DNA of 32,000 bases from Promethearchaeum syntrophicum (GTDB lineage Archaea > Asgardarchaeota > Lokiarchaeia > Sigyniarchaeales > Promethearchaeaceae): the NCBI RefSeq assembly GCF_008000775.2, contig NZ_CP042905.2, positions 3,750,001 through 3,782,000 on the forward strand, written 5' to 3'. The notes under the pieces are model-generated. The model was not told where the DNA came from and searched no databases. It was given only the letters and a program-made list of their open reading frames with translations. The position numbers were made by a program, and so were the translations under genes. Of this stretch, positions 18,257-26,490 are shown one piece after another. Position 1 is the first letter of the stretch; every line of letters starts with the position of its first letter.

Positions 18257-19075
18257 ATGTCAAAGAAAAAGGAAAGAATTTATTCTGAAATACCTTCGAA
18301 CATGAACAATCTTGGTATGGCAATGGAAAAACTTGCAATTATTCGATGGATAACTGTTCCATTTAATGCCATAATATCACTATTTTTAATTTTAATACAG
18401 ATTCCTAATATTATCGGAAGTTTTGACTATTTTGATATTTCTTTAATTTGGATTCCCATAGTATTCGGAATCTTGTATATTTTTGTAAGTTTCTCCACTC
18501 TTTTACGCTTCGTTCAATTTACATTGAATTTATGGAATTTAGGGAAAAACCAACAAAATGCTCTCATTAAAAGAGCCAGTATTTACCAACTGATTAGGAT
18601 TGGATTATTAGGATTTGTCATTGGACTTAGCATTTTTCTTGGAGCTATAGTTTTAATTCCGTTATATCAATATTTTTCCTACCGTCCAGTATATTTGTAT
18701 GAAATGAGTTATCGTGCTTATCCAGATTTCAATGTAATTGCTATAGCAATCCTATCTTTACTACTTTTGATTTTAATTGTAGTTATGAAAGTTTTTAACA
18801 TACTTTCAATAGTATCGATAGATAATTGGGCAGAAAGGCGAAAATTAGAATACATCTCGAATGAAAGTATTCATCAATTAAGATCAGGAACAAATCTGAT
18901 GAAAACTGCAGTATTTTTAGAACTCGTGAATATTCTTTTTGGATCAATTTTCTTTAATATTGGTCTTTTTAAAGCGGGTCAAGGATTCAAGAAATTTTCT
19001 TATCGATATCCTGTAGAACGTGATAAAAATGATATCCTATATTGCTCTAATTGCGGATTAGAATATAAAAGGTAA
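18257..19075 (+). CDS. Multi-pass membrane protein with C-terminal CxxC knuckle, unknown function
   Basis: 272-aa ORF with at least 5 long hydrophobic segments (e.g. ITVPFNAIISLFLILIQIP, IWIPIVFGILYIFVSF, GLLGFVIGLSIFLGAIVLIPL, VIAIAILSLLLLILIVVM). It ends with YCSNCGLEYKR. Confidence 0.6.
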   Translation: MSKKKERIYSEIPSNMNNLGMAMEKLAIIRWITVPFNAIISLFLILIQIPNIIGSFDYFDISLIWIPIVFGILYIFVSFSTLLRFVQFTLNLWNLGKNQQNALIKRASIYQLIRIGLLGFVIGLSIFLGAIVLIPLYQYFSYRPVYLYEMSYRAYPDFNVIAIAILSLLLLILIVVMKVFNILSIVSIDNWAERRKLEYISNESIHQLRSGTNLMKTAVFLELVNILFGSIFFNIGLFKAGQGFKKFSYRYPVERDKNDILYCSNCGLEYKR

Positions 19076-19107
19076 TTAAATAAAAAAAAAGACAAAATAA
19101 TTAATTT

Positions 19108-20688
19108 CTACAGATAATCCTTCGGTTTTTCCCATTGTGCTTTCTTCGCAAATTTTTTTACTTCTCGTTGTGCCCTTCTTAAAGGGGCTAAAGTTCCCGG
19201 TCCTCCCACGCACCCATTAGGGCAAGCCATTCCTTCAACAATCAATGGTTTTGGATCGAGTGCTCCTTTTTTGATTTGATTTAATAAACTCATACAGTTT
19301 TTTAAAGTATCTGCAGATACAATTGGAATCTCAACATCTTGTCCAATAATTGCTTTGGTTTGCTCAAGTACTGCATTTGCTACTCCACCAGCAACGGGAA
19401 AACCTCTTCCCAGTGAAGAAGCATCTTGCATCTCCTTTTCTGGGGGAATTTTTGTAGGATCTATTGTAAAAGCTTGAAAAATGGCGACTAGTTCTTCAAA
19501 AGTCATTACAAAATCCACGACTTCTGCCACATTTGGGATGAAACACTCTTCCTTTTTAGATATACATGGTCCAATGAATACAACAATAGCATCTGGAGTA
19601 TCTTTTTTGATCTTTTTTGCAATTTCTACCATTGGAGCAAATGATTCAGAAATATTTAGTTTAGATAATTCAGGATAATTTTTCTCTGCAGCCAATGCCC
19701 ATGAGGTACAACAACTGGTTCCGATGAATGTTCGACAATTACTTTCAGATTCTTCATTCTCTTTACAATTTTCCCGTTTTTTAATTAATTCGACCAATTC
19801 TTCAGTTTCATTCATCACAACTACATCAGCTCCATAGGCCACTTCTCGAACATCCATAAAACCGACTTCTTTTAAAGCACCTTTTAATTTGCCTGGGGTG
19901 ACTAAAGGTCCAAATTGACTTACAAACGCAGGAGCAATTTCTGCAACAACAGGTTTTTTTCCTTTAAGCGCTGAAATTATTTGGACGATTTCTGATTTTT
20001 CTGCAATTGCTCCAAAAGGACAAGACACAATACACATTCCGCAAGAAACACATTTATTTTGGTCGATATCCGCAAAACCGTCTTTATCTGAACTGATTGC
20101 TTTTACCCCGCATGCCGCTGCACATGGTCTTTCTCGGTATGCAATTGCGTTGTATGGACACACTTGCTCACATTTACCACATCTTATACAAAGATCTTGA
20201 TCTATATGGGATCTGTTATTAATTATCGAAACCGCATTTTTTGGACAAACTATCGTGCAAGGGTGAGCAATACAACCTCTACATAAATCAGTAACAATAT
20301 AAGAATGTTCAGGGCAACGTTCACATCCAACTTTTATGACATTCACAATAGGCTTTTTAATCACTTTCTTATCGGTTAAGGAATATATAACATCATCATC
20401 ATTAATCGGTCCATGAGCGCCGAATTCCCTTAAATCCATTCCGAACGCAAGCCTGACTCGTTCTCTAACAACTGCACGTTCCTTGAATACCGATTCTCGA
20501 TATGTTGGAGTATCTTTATCAATAATTTGATATGGAATATGCTCAATATATGTCGGTGGTTTATTTTCTACGACCATTCGAGCAACAGCTGAAAGAACCC
20601 GCCTTCGAATATCAATTACCGGCGTGTATAGACCGCGCGTTTTTTCAAATATATTTAATCTGGGTAACGGCATATTAAAATCCTTCAA
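19108..20688 (-). CDS. [FeFe]-hydrogenase catalytic subunit with N-terminal multi-[4Fe-4S] domain (group-B-like architecture)
   Basis: 526-aa ORF. The H-cluster signatures are present in order: GTSCCTSW (L1), IGPCISKKEE (L2), VEGMACPNGCVGGPG (L3). Upstream are two CxxCxxCxxxCP ferredoxin motifs (CIRCGKCEQVCP, CVSCGMCIVSCP) plus extra Cys (CERCPEH..CRGCIAHPC..CP). The likely start is MPLPRL (M6). Confidence 0.85.
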   Translation of the reverse strand: MKDFNMPLPRLNIFEKTRGLYTPVIDIRRRVLSAVARMVVENKPPTYIEHIPYQIIDKDTPTYRESVFKERAVVRERVRLAFGMDLREFGAHGPINDDDVIYSLTDKKVIKKPIVNVIKVGCERCPEHSYIVTDLCRGCIAHPCTIVCPKNAVSIINNRSHIDQDLCIRCGKCEQVCPYNAIAYRERPCAAACGVKAISSDKDGFADIDQNKCVSCGMCIVSCPFGAIAEKSEIVQIISALKGKKPVVAEIAPAFVSQFGPLVTPGKLKGALKEVGFMDVREVAYGADVVVMNETEELVELIKKRENCKENEESESNCRTFIGTSCCTSWALAAEKNYPELSKLNISESFAPMVEIAKKIKKDTPDAIVVFIGPCISKKEECFIPNVAEVVDFVMTFEELVAIFQAFTIDPTKIPPEKEMQDASSLGRGFPVAGGVANAVLEQTKAIIGQDVEIPIVSADTLKNCMSLLNQIKKGALDPKPLIVEGMACPNGCVGGPGTLAPLRRAQREVKKFAKKAQWEKPKDYL

Positions 20689-20693
20689 AATTT

Positions 20694-20954
20694 TTACTTT
20701 TTATTGGTCCCATCAATCATTTTAGATAACATATCAATTAATCGCTCTGGAGTCATTTTAGGATATATCTTACCATTAATTTCCACTACAGGAGATTGTT
20801 TTCCTAAATCTCCGCAAGTTTCACGGCATTCTACACCTTCTATTTGACAATTGTTCGAAATCTTTGGATCATTTTCAACAAGATCAAGCAATTCTTGTCC
20901 ACCATGAACCAAACAATTCATACCACAGCAAATTTTTACACTAATAGGTTCCAT
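20694..20954 (-). CDS. Thioredoxin-like [2Fe-2S] ferredoxin-domain protein (NuoE/HndA-like), co-oriented 5 nt upstream of the hydrogenase
   Basis: 86 aa. The Cys pattern is C9-x4-C14 (ICCGMNC) and C43-x3-C47 (CRETC), as in thioredoxin-like 2Fe-2S proteins. The gene is tightly coupled to the hydrogenase gene. Confidence 0.65.
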   Translation of the reverse strand: MEPISVKICCGMNCLVHGGQELLDLVENDPKISNNCQIEGVECRETCGDLGKQSPVVEINGKIYPKMTPERLIDMLSKMIDGTNKK

Positions 20955-21097
20955 TAATTTCTCTCCAATTTATATAAGTTGTATTATCCCTAATTTAATT
21001 TTATCTTTTAATCGAAAGATTACCCCTCCCTTTAGGTAGGGACTGATTTTCGAGGAAGGGAGGTATTGTACAAAAAATATTTCCCATAATATCAAAT

Positions 21098-21214
21098 ATG
21101 GATTATTTATTAGATTTTGGCTTGCATTCTGTATTCCCACTTTCATATCATTTAGTTTTCGTTGTGTTATATCGAAGAAAAATTTTTAATAATGAGAATC
21201 ATGGAAAAAAGTGA
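21098..21214 (+). pseudogene. tnpA: IS200-type Y1 transposase (TnpA) N-terminal remnant, 38 codons
   Basis: My own translation is MDYLLDFGLHSVFPLSYHLVFVVLYRRKIFNNENHGKK*. The HS.(Y/F).L.YHLVFV.KYRRK(I/V)F block is the conserved first strand of IS200/IS605 TnpA. The HUH and catalytic Tyr regions are missing (intact TnpA is ~130-150 aa). Confidence 0.6.
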
Positions 21215-21312
21215 ATTTTTTCATTCTTGTATCTTATGATTTTTTCTAAGATCATATCCTACTAAACTTAGACTCTGGCATCTTTTATTATATAAAACGT
21301 TAATACAATACT

Positions 21313-22503
21313 ATGCAACTCGTTCGCCAAATTCAAATGAATCGATCTCGTCTGTTGGATGAGATTTCCTTTCGTTCCAAGAATTTGTTCAATGTTGCAA
21401 CCTATAAAATACGACAACGATTTTTTGAAGAGGGAAAATGGATTCGATATAATTAATTGTGGAAAACGCTTAAAAACCATGAAGCATACCAATCTCTTCA
21501 AAAGATGTGTGGATCACATCCCCCTCAACAGGTTCTCAAACAAGTGGATCGAAATTTTAAATCATTTTTTAAAGCGATCAAAGTCTGGAAAAAAACACCC
21601 TTCAAATTCACATCCATGCCTAAACTCCCCCATTATAAACGTAAAGATGGAAGAAATTTGGTCTACTTTACTAGTTTACAATGTTGGTTAAAAAATGGGT
21701 ATGTATTGCTGACACAAAAGATGATGAATTCAGGTTTTCCGAAAATCCCAACGGATTTACCTTGTGTGAAAGGGGTTCGCATTGTCCCCTTTGGAGATCG
21801 ATACAACATCGAATTAATCTATAATTATAACCCCCAAAACTTACACTTAAACAAATCACATATTCTGGGTATCGATTTAGGACTAGCAAACATCGTAACT
21901 GCATCAGATAACATTGGAAATGTTCCATTGATTATCAAAGGCGGTGTTGTAAAGTCAATAAATCAATTCTATAATAAAGAATTGGCTAAGTATAAATCAT
22001 TGTCTAAAAAATGTAATGATAAACACATTACTAATCGAATTTTAAAGATCCATCGTAAACGCAATAATAAAATACGCGACTTTTTTCATAAAACATCTCG
22101 TAAAATCGTAAATCATTGCATTGAAAACGATATTGGTACGATAGTTCTCGGATATAACGAAGGATGGAAACAAAACATTAACATCGGTAAAAAAAATAAT
22201 CAAAATTTTGTTTCGATTCCATTTCTAAAGCTAATTCAACAAATCGAATATAAAAGTAAGATGTTCGGTATCGATGTGGTTAGAATCACTGAAGAATTCA
22301 CATCGCAAACCTGTTCGCATTGTGGTATTGTTAAAAAATCCAATCGGAAACATCGGGGATTATATGTGTGTTCTGAATGTGGATTGGTTCTCAATGCTGA
22401 TGTGAATGCAAGTAAAAACATATTACAAAAAGGAATCCCTAAGTCCATCTGGATAGGGGATAGAGGGCGTTTGGGCCGCCCAATAGTGTTAAAAATCTTG
22501 TAA
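21313..22503 (+). pseudogene. tnpB: IS605 OrfB / IS1341-type TnpB RNA-guided endonuclease frame interrupted by one in-frame TAA (21454-21456)
   Basis: The track ORF 21457-22503 (348 aa, TTG start) continues in the same frame upstream to ATG 21313 (MQLVRQIQMNRSRLLDEISFRSKNLFNVATYKIRQRFFEEGKWIRYN-TAA-LWKTLKNHEAY...). This gives the usual ~396 codons. RuvC-type residues are intact (GIDLGLAN, IVLGYNEGW, NADVNASKNI), as is the zinc finger CSHCG...CSECG. Confidence 0.85.
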
Positions 22504-22725
22504 AAGAAGATCTTTAACCCCGGAATCCACTTCTTTCAGGAAGGGGGAGTTCAATCTTTCGCATTACTTTTCCAATCTTTCTCTTGGAGTGATGAAGCAA
22601 TTTTTAAAGGAGTTGTGCGAAAAACTTTTTTATCTTGGTAAACTTTTCTAACTTGCATTGTTAAATAGAAAAAATCTATTAAGTAGGTTGTGTTTCTATC
22701 AAACAAATTATCCGAATCATGTAAA

Positions 22726-22797
22726 GGGGTGTTAGTCTAGTCGTATGATGGTGGCCTCCAGAGTCACTGGTCGCGGGTTCAATTCCCACACACCCCA
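22726..22797 (+). tRNA. tRNA-Trp (anticodon CCA), no encoded 3' CCA, no intron
   Basis: Hand fold of 72 nt. Acceptor stem GGGGTGT/ACACCCC has 7 perfect bp. Anticodon stem GTGGC/GTCAC has one G-U. The loop is CT-CCA-GA. The variable loop is TGGTC. The T arm is GCGGG-TTCAATT-CCCAC, and the discriminator is A. Atypical points: a C50-A64 mismatch, a weak 3-bp D stem, and a D loop (AGTCGTA) without GG. Confidence 0.75.
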
Positions 22798-22947
22798 TAT
22801 TTTTCTTTCGAATTTTTAAATTATTTTAAGATTGCGATTATGCTAATTGAGATTAATAATTTTAAGATTTTACATTAAAGACATCAATGTCGGCATGATT
22901 ATTCATAATTTATTTATCATTTCTGTCTTCGTAGCGAATAAGATTTT

Positions 22948-23814
22948 ATGCAAGCTAGATCTTTATTTATCTATATAGAATTAACAAAAAAATTGAATTT
23001 TATGAGAAACATTGCTGAAAGTTATGCGGAATCCCCGAAATTTGTTCGAAAAATGCTATGGAAAATATGGCATAATTATTTAATTTCACGAGATCCTGAA
23101 TTTGAAATTAAATATATGAATTACGGATATGCTGATTTAGATAATATACTAGATCCCCTTGAATTGAAAGAAGAAGATAAATCGGAAAATTATTGTTTAA
23201 ATTTATACTATCAAGATATTGCGGGTAATAATATCAGAGGAAAAGAAGTATTAGAAGTTGGTTGTGGTCGTGGGGGAGGAGCATCTTTTATTTCCCGATA
23301 TTTTCATCCAAAAACCTATATTGGTTTGGATTTATCCAAAAAAGCAATAAAATTTTGTAATTCCAATTATAATGTTCCTGGCTTGAGTTTTGTTCGAGGC
23401 AGCGCGGATGATTTACCGTTTGAAGATAATTCTTTTGATGATGTTATAAACGTAGAATCATCACGTTGTTATGCAGATATGGATGGTTTTTTATCTGAAG
23501 TGCATCGAGTTCTAAAGCCTAACGGTTTTTTATTATTTTCAGATATGAGAACTGTAGAAGGAAATGAATTATTGAAAGAGCAATTTAAAAACGCTCATTT
23601 AAAAATTATTGTAGAGAAGAATATTCTTCCAAATGTTCTGGAGGCTTTAAATTTAGATAATGAACGGAGAAAACATTTAATTCTTAAAAAAGCTCCCAAA
23701 TTTCTTCAAAAATCAGCCAATGAATTTTCTGGTTTAATTGGAACTGAAAGGTATCGACTATTTGATGACGGAATAATGAATTACTATCATTATACTCTTC
23801 AGAAAGTCGAATAA
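22948..23814 (+). CDS. Class I SAM-dependent methyltransferase
   Basis: 288-aa ORF. Motif I is VLEVGCGRGGGASFI, post-I is IGLDLS, followed by FDDVINVESS. From memory it resembles lipid/fatty-acid O-methyltransferase-like enzymes. The probable true start is ATG 23002 (MRNIAESY). Confidence 0.8.
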   Translation: MQARSLFIYIELTKKLNFMRNIAESYAESPKFVRKMLWKIWHNYLISRDPEFEIKYMNYGYADLDNILDPLELKEEDKSENYCLNLYYQDIAGNNIRGKEVLEVGCGRGGGASFISRYFHPKTYIGLDLSKKAIKFCNSNYNVPGLSFVRGSADDLPFEDNSFDDVINVESSRCYADMDGFLSEVHRVLKPNGFLLFSDMRTVEGNELLKEQFKNAHLKIIVEKNILPNVLEALNLDNERRKHLILKKAPKFLQKSANEFSGLIGTERYRLFDDGIMNYYHYTLQKVE

Positions 23815-23881
23815 GTTTTTTTCTCCTTATGACTTTGAGAGCGATAATATTAAGGTTTTGAAAAGTTTTTTTCTTTGATTA

Positions 23882-24682
23882 ATGATGGAAGTAAGCATTC
23901 AAGAACAGATCGCCCAAATTGTCCGTTATACATTGAAATTTAGATCTGAGATTAGTCATCAAATTCTTGATTCAGTATATCCAGAGCGAAATTTAAAAGA
24001 TTTTGAAACAATAGAAAATAAATTTCCGGGAATCATTGATAATATAGCGAAAATTGCCTATGAAGAAACTTTTGGCCAAGTGTCTGGAAGTAATCTAACT
24101 AGATCTTTGAAAATTAAAAATTTTATGAGTAAGAGATATGATCACTTGAGAGAAATAATAGGTGAAAAACGGTTTGATAAATTTGTGGATTTTCCTGAAA
24201 AGATTCGAACTTGGCGTCACCAAAATCTCTCAGAACAGCAAATTGAAATCAGATTTGTAAAAAGTGTCATTCAACTCTATTTAACTGCAGCCAAACGAGA
24301 TCTTGCAGTATTTCAGGTTGAATTATTGCCATTATTTCGCGAATGGATTAAAATTTCACTAGAATCAAATAACAAAAACAAATATGCTATAGATCCGCTT
24401 ACTTTAGATAAAATCACGCGAAAATTTCTACGTACTATTGATTTGGGGCGTGTAGAAGATGAATTTAAACATATTCTTCGTGACCTACAAACCTATAGTA
24501 TGCTTATTTTCTTTGTAAAAAAATATCCCGATTATAGTTTTATTAATGAGGGTGCTGAATTGGTTTCAAATCTTGACAATATTCGTAAAATCATAGAAAA
24601 TGTTATTCAAAAATTACAGAATGTTCCTAAAATCGATGAATTAATCTTTCAATCCTATAAGCTATTACAAAAAGAAAATTAA
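23882..24682 (+). CDS. Hypothetical protein (predicted all-alpha)
   Basis: 266-aa ORF with no competing frame and no recognisable motif. Confidence 0.55.
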   Translation: MMEVSIQEQIAQIVRYTLKFRSEISHQILDSVYPERNLKDFETIENKFPGIIDNIAKIAYEETFGQVSGSNLTRSLKIKNFMSKRYDHLREIIGEKRFDKFVDFPEKIRTWRHQNLSEQQIEIRFVKSVIQLYLTAAKRDLAVFQVELLPLFREWIKISLESNNKNKYAIDPLTLDKITRKFLRTIDLGRVEDEFKHILRDLQTYSMLIFFVKKYPDYSFINEGAELVSNLDNIRKIIENVIQKLQNVPKIDELIFQSYKLLQKEN

Positions 24683-24724
24683 AAAAAAACCATAAGTTAC
24701 TTTGAATTTTAAAATGCTAATATT

Positions 24725-25489
24725 TCAATGCATTTCAAGGATTTTTGACAAAAATTTCTTCAATCTTTCATTAGATGGGTTCTCAAAAACATCGCCTGGG
24801 GGTCCCCTATATATAATTTCTCCCTCATCCATAAAAATAACTCGGGTAGCCATTTCTTTCGCAAAAGGAATTTCGTGAGTAACAATAACGAGAGTATAAT
24901 GGAAATCAGTAACTAATTTCTTCATCACAGACAGAACTTCTCCAGTCAACTCTGGATCCAAAGCTGAAGTCGGTTCATCAAAAAATATCAGTTTTGGTCG
25001 CATTGCTAAAACTCTAGCAATTGCTACTCGTTGTTGTTGACCTCCGGATAATTCTCCAGGATAGCTATCTTCTTTTTCTGAAAGATTAACTGCCCTTAAG
25101 TTATCCTTAACCCTTTTCTCAATGTCATCTTCAGAAAGTCTTAATACCTTTTTTAAAGGTAAAGCTATGTTTTCCCCTACTGTTAAATGCAAGAAGAGGT
25201 TGAAAGCTTGGAACACCATACCAATATTTTTTCTTACATCATCAATATTGATCTCTTTATCGGTAATTTCTACACCATCAAAAAAAACCTGTCCGGATGT
25301 TGGTTCAATCAAACGATTCATACATCTGAGTAAAGTTGATTTGCCAGAACCACTACTTCCGATGATAACCAACACTTCTTTAGGCATTATTTTTAATGAT
25401 ACACCTGGTGTCTTAATAGCTTCAAAATCTTTAAATTTTTTAGTTAGATTTCTAACTTCAATCAATGGTTGTTCAGTCATTTGCAACAC
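24725..25489 (-). CDS. Polar amino-acid ABC transporter, ATP-binding protein
   Basis: 254 aa. Walker A is GSSGSGKST, the signature is LSGGQQQRVAIARVL, and Walker B is LIFFDEPTSALD, followed by the H-loop VTHE. This is GlnQ/HisP-type. The start overlaps the permease stop by 17 nt. Confidence 0.92.
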   Translation of the reverse strand: MLQMTEQPLIEVRNLTKKFKDFEAIKTPGVSLKIMPKEVLVIIGSSGSGKSTLLRCMNRLIEPTSGQVFFDGVEITDKEINIDDVRKNIGMVFQAFNLFLHLTVGENIALPLKKVLRLSEDDIEKRVKDNLRAVNLSEKEDSYPGELSGGQQQRVAIARVLAMRPKLIFFDEPTSALDPELTGEVLSVMKKLVTDFHYTLVIVTHEIPFAKEMATRVIFMDEGEIIYRGPPGDVFENPSNERLKKFLSKILEMH

Positions 25490-26393
25490 CTAATCCTGGA
25501 ATCCGTAATTTAATTTCAAGCTTTTTAGTAAGTTTTGATGAACTATAGGCAAGTACAAAATAATAGAGGGCTGCAATGAGAAACACAGGCCATAAGAAAT
25601 ATCTTGCTTGCAAACTTTGCGATCTTTTAGTTATTTCAGTAACTCCAATCGCTGAAGTTAAAGAACTATTCAATAGAACGTTAATAATTTCATTTGTCAA
25701 TGGTGGAACAATCATTCTAACAGCTTGAGGAAGAACAACATAACGCATTGTTTGAGTAGTTGTTAATCCTAATGCTCTCGCTGCTTCGGTTTGCCCTATC
25801 GGAATTGCCAATATTCCACTTCGGATGATTTCAGCTTGATATGCTGCAGTATTTAATGATAAAGCAAGAGTTCCAGCAAAAATTTCTGTTGAAATACCCA
25901 TATCTCGAATTAGTGAAATTACTCCAGAAGGGAGGCCGAAATATACCAATAATATTTGCACAAGTAAGGGTGTTGATCTAAAAAAATCCACGTAAAATTG
26001 TGCGGCCATTTTTAATCCAAAAAGTTTAGTTCTATTTACAAGAATTACTGCAAGGAAAATAGCAAAAATGAAACCTACTACAACACTAATAATACTAATC
26101 CAAAAAGTTAATGAAGCTCCAGTAGCCAATCCTTCTAAAATAGTAGGCATACGATAATCTATTGAAGCCAGATCCTCTCCAAATGGCAAAACTAAAAGGT
26201 CAATTATCCATAAAATAGGGGCAAAATAAGTAAGTTCAGGATTTATCCACGACATTATAATTCCAATAATTATTATCAATATAAATCCTGAAAAAAACCA
26301 CCATCCAATATTCTTGCGTGTTAAACGAACTTTACTAAAAATTTTTTTAAAATTAAATTTTCTACTAATTATTTCTTGGTTTTCATTTTCCAT
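25473..26393 (-). CDS. Polar amino-acid ABC transporter permease (HisM/GlnP family) with N-terminal extension
   Basis: 306 aa. The EAA-type loop is QTEAARALGLTTTQTMRYVVLPQA. There are multiple TM segments and ~90 extra N-terminal residues with additional hydrophobic helices. Confidence 0.9.
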   Translation of the reverse strand: MENENQEIISRKFNFKKIFSKVRLTRKNIGWWFFSGFILIIIIGIIMSWINPELTYFAPILWIIDLLVLPFGEDLASIDYRMPTILEGLATGASLTFWISIISVVVGFIFAIFLAVILVNRTKLFGLKMAAQFYVDFFRSTPLLVQILLVYFGLPSGVISLIRDMGISTEIFAGTLALSLNTAAYQAEIIRSGILAIPIGQTEAARALGLTTTQTMRYVVLPQAVRMIVPPLTNEIINVLLNSSLTSAIGVTEITKRSQSLQARYFLWPVFLIAALYYFVLAYSSSKLTKKLEIKLRIPGLGVAND

Positions 26394-26490
26394 ATTATTT
26401 AATTTCTCCTTTGAGTATAATAAGTATTTATTTCGAATTTCATTTGTTTAAATGGAAAAAAATGGAAAAAAAATTAAGAAAAAAACACAT

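Larger units (their letters stand above)
21009..22561 (+). mobile_element. Decayed IS200/IS605-family insertion sequence (tnpA stub + tnpB); boundaries approximate
   Basis: Contains a tnpA N-terminal remnant and a full-length tnpB frame. GC-rich subterminal hairpins stand out from the AT-rich background at both ends. Left end: CCTCCCTT (21024-21031) / AAGGGAGG (21055-21062), plus TAATC-GAAA-GATTA (21009-21022). Right end: the CCCCGGAA..GGAAGGGGGAG region (22518-22549). A 9-nt inverted match links CGAAAGATT (21013-21021) and AATCTTTCG (22553-22561). Confidence 0.7.

Noticed and set aside
21454-21456. In-frame TAA in tnpB, together with the in-frame TGA at 28034, as a sign of a reassigned genetic code
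   Set aside because: TAA and TGA both terminate many well-supported genes in this window at positions consistent with family lengths (e.g. hutU/hutH with TAA, and the TGA-terminated tnpA stub). A global reassignment is therefore not supported. The two cases are better explained individually, as a nonsense mutation and as Sec recoding.
21268-21928. Track ORFs 21268-21501(-), 21359-21691(+) and 21671-21928(-) (also 22236-22448(-)) within the IS element
   Set aside because: They overlap the tnpB frame out of frame or in antisense. The tnpB frame has RuvC and zinc-finger motifs along its whole length, whereas these have none.
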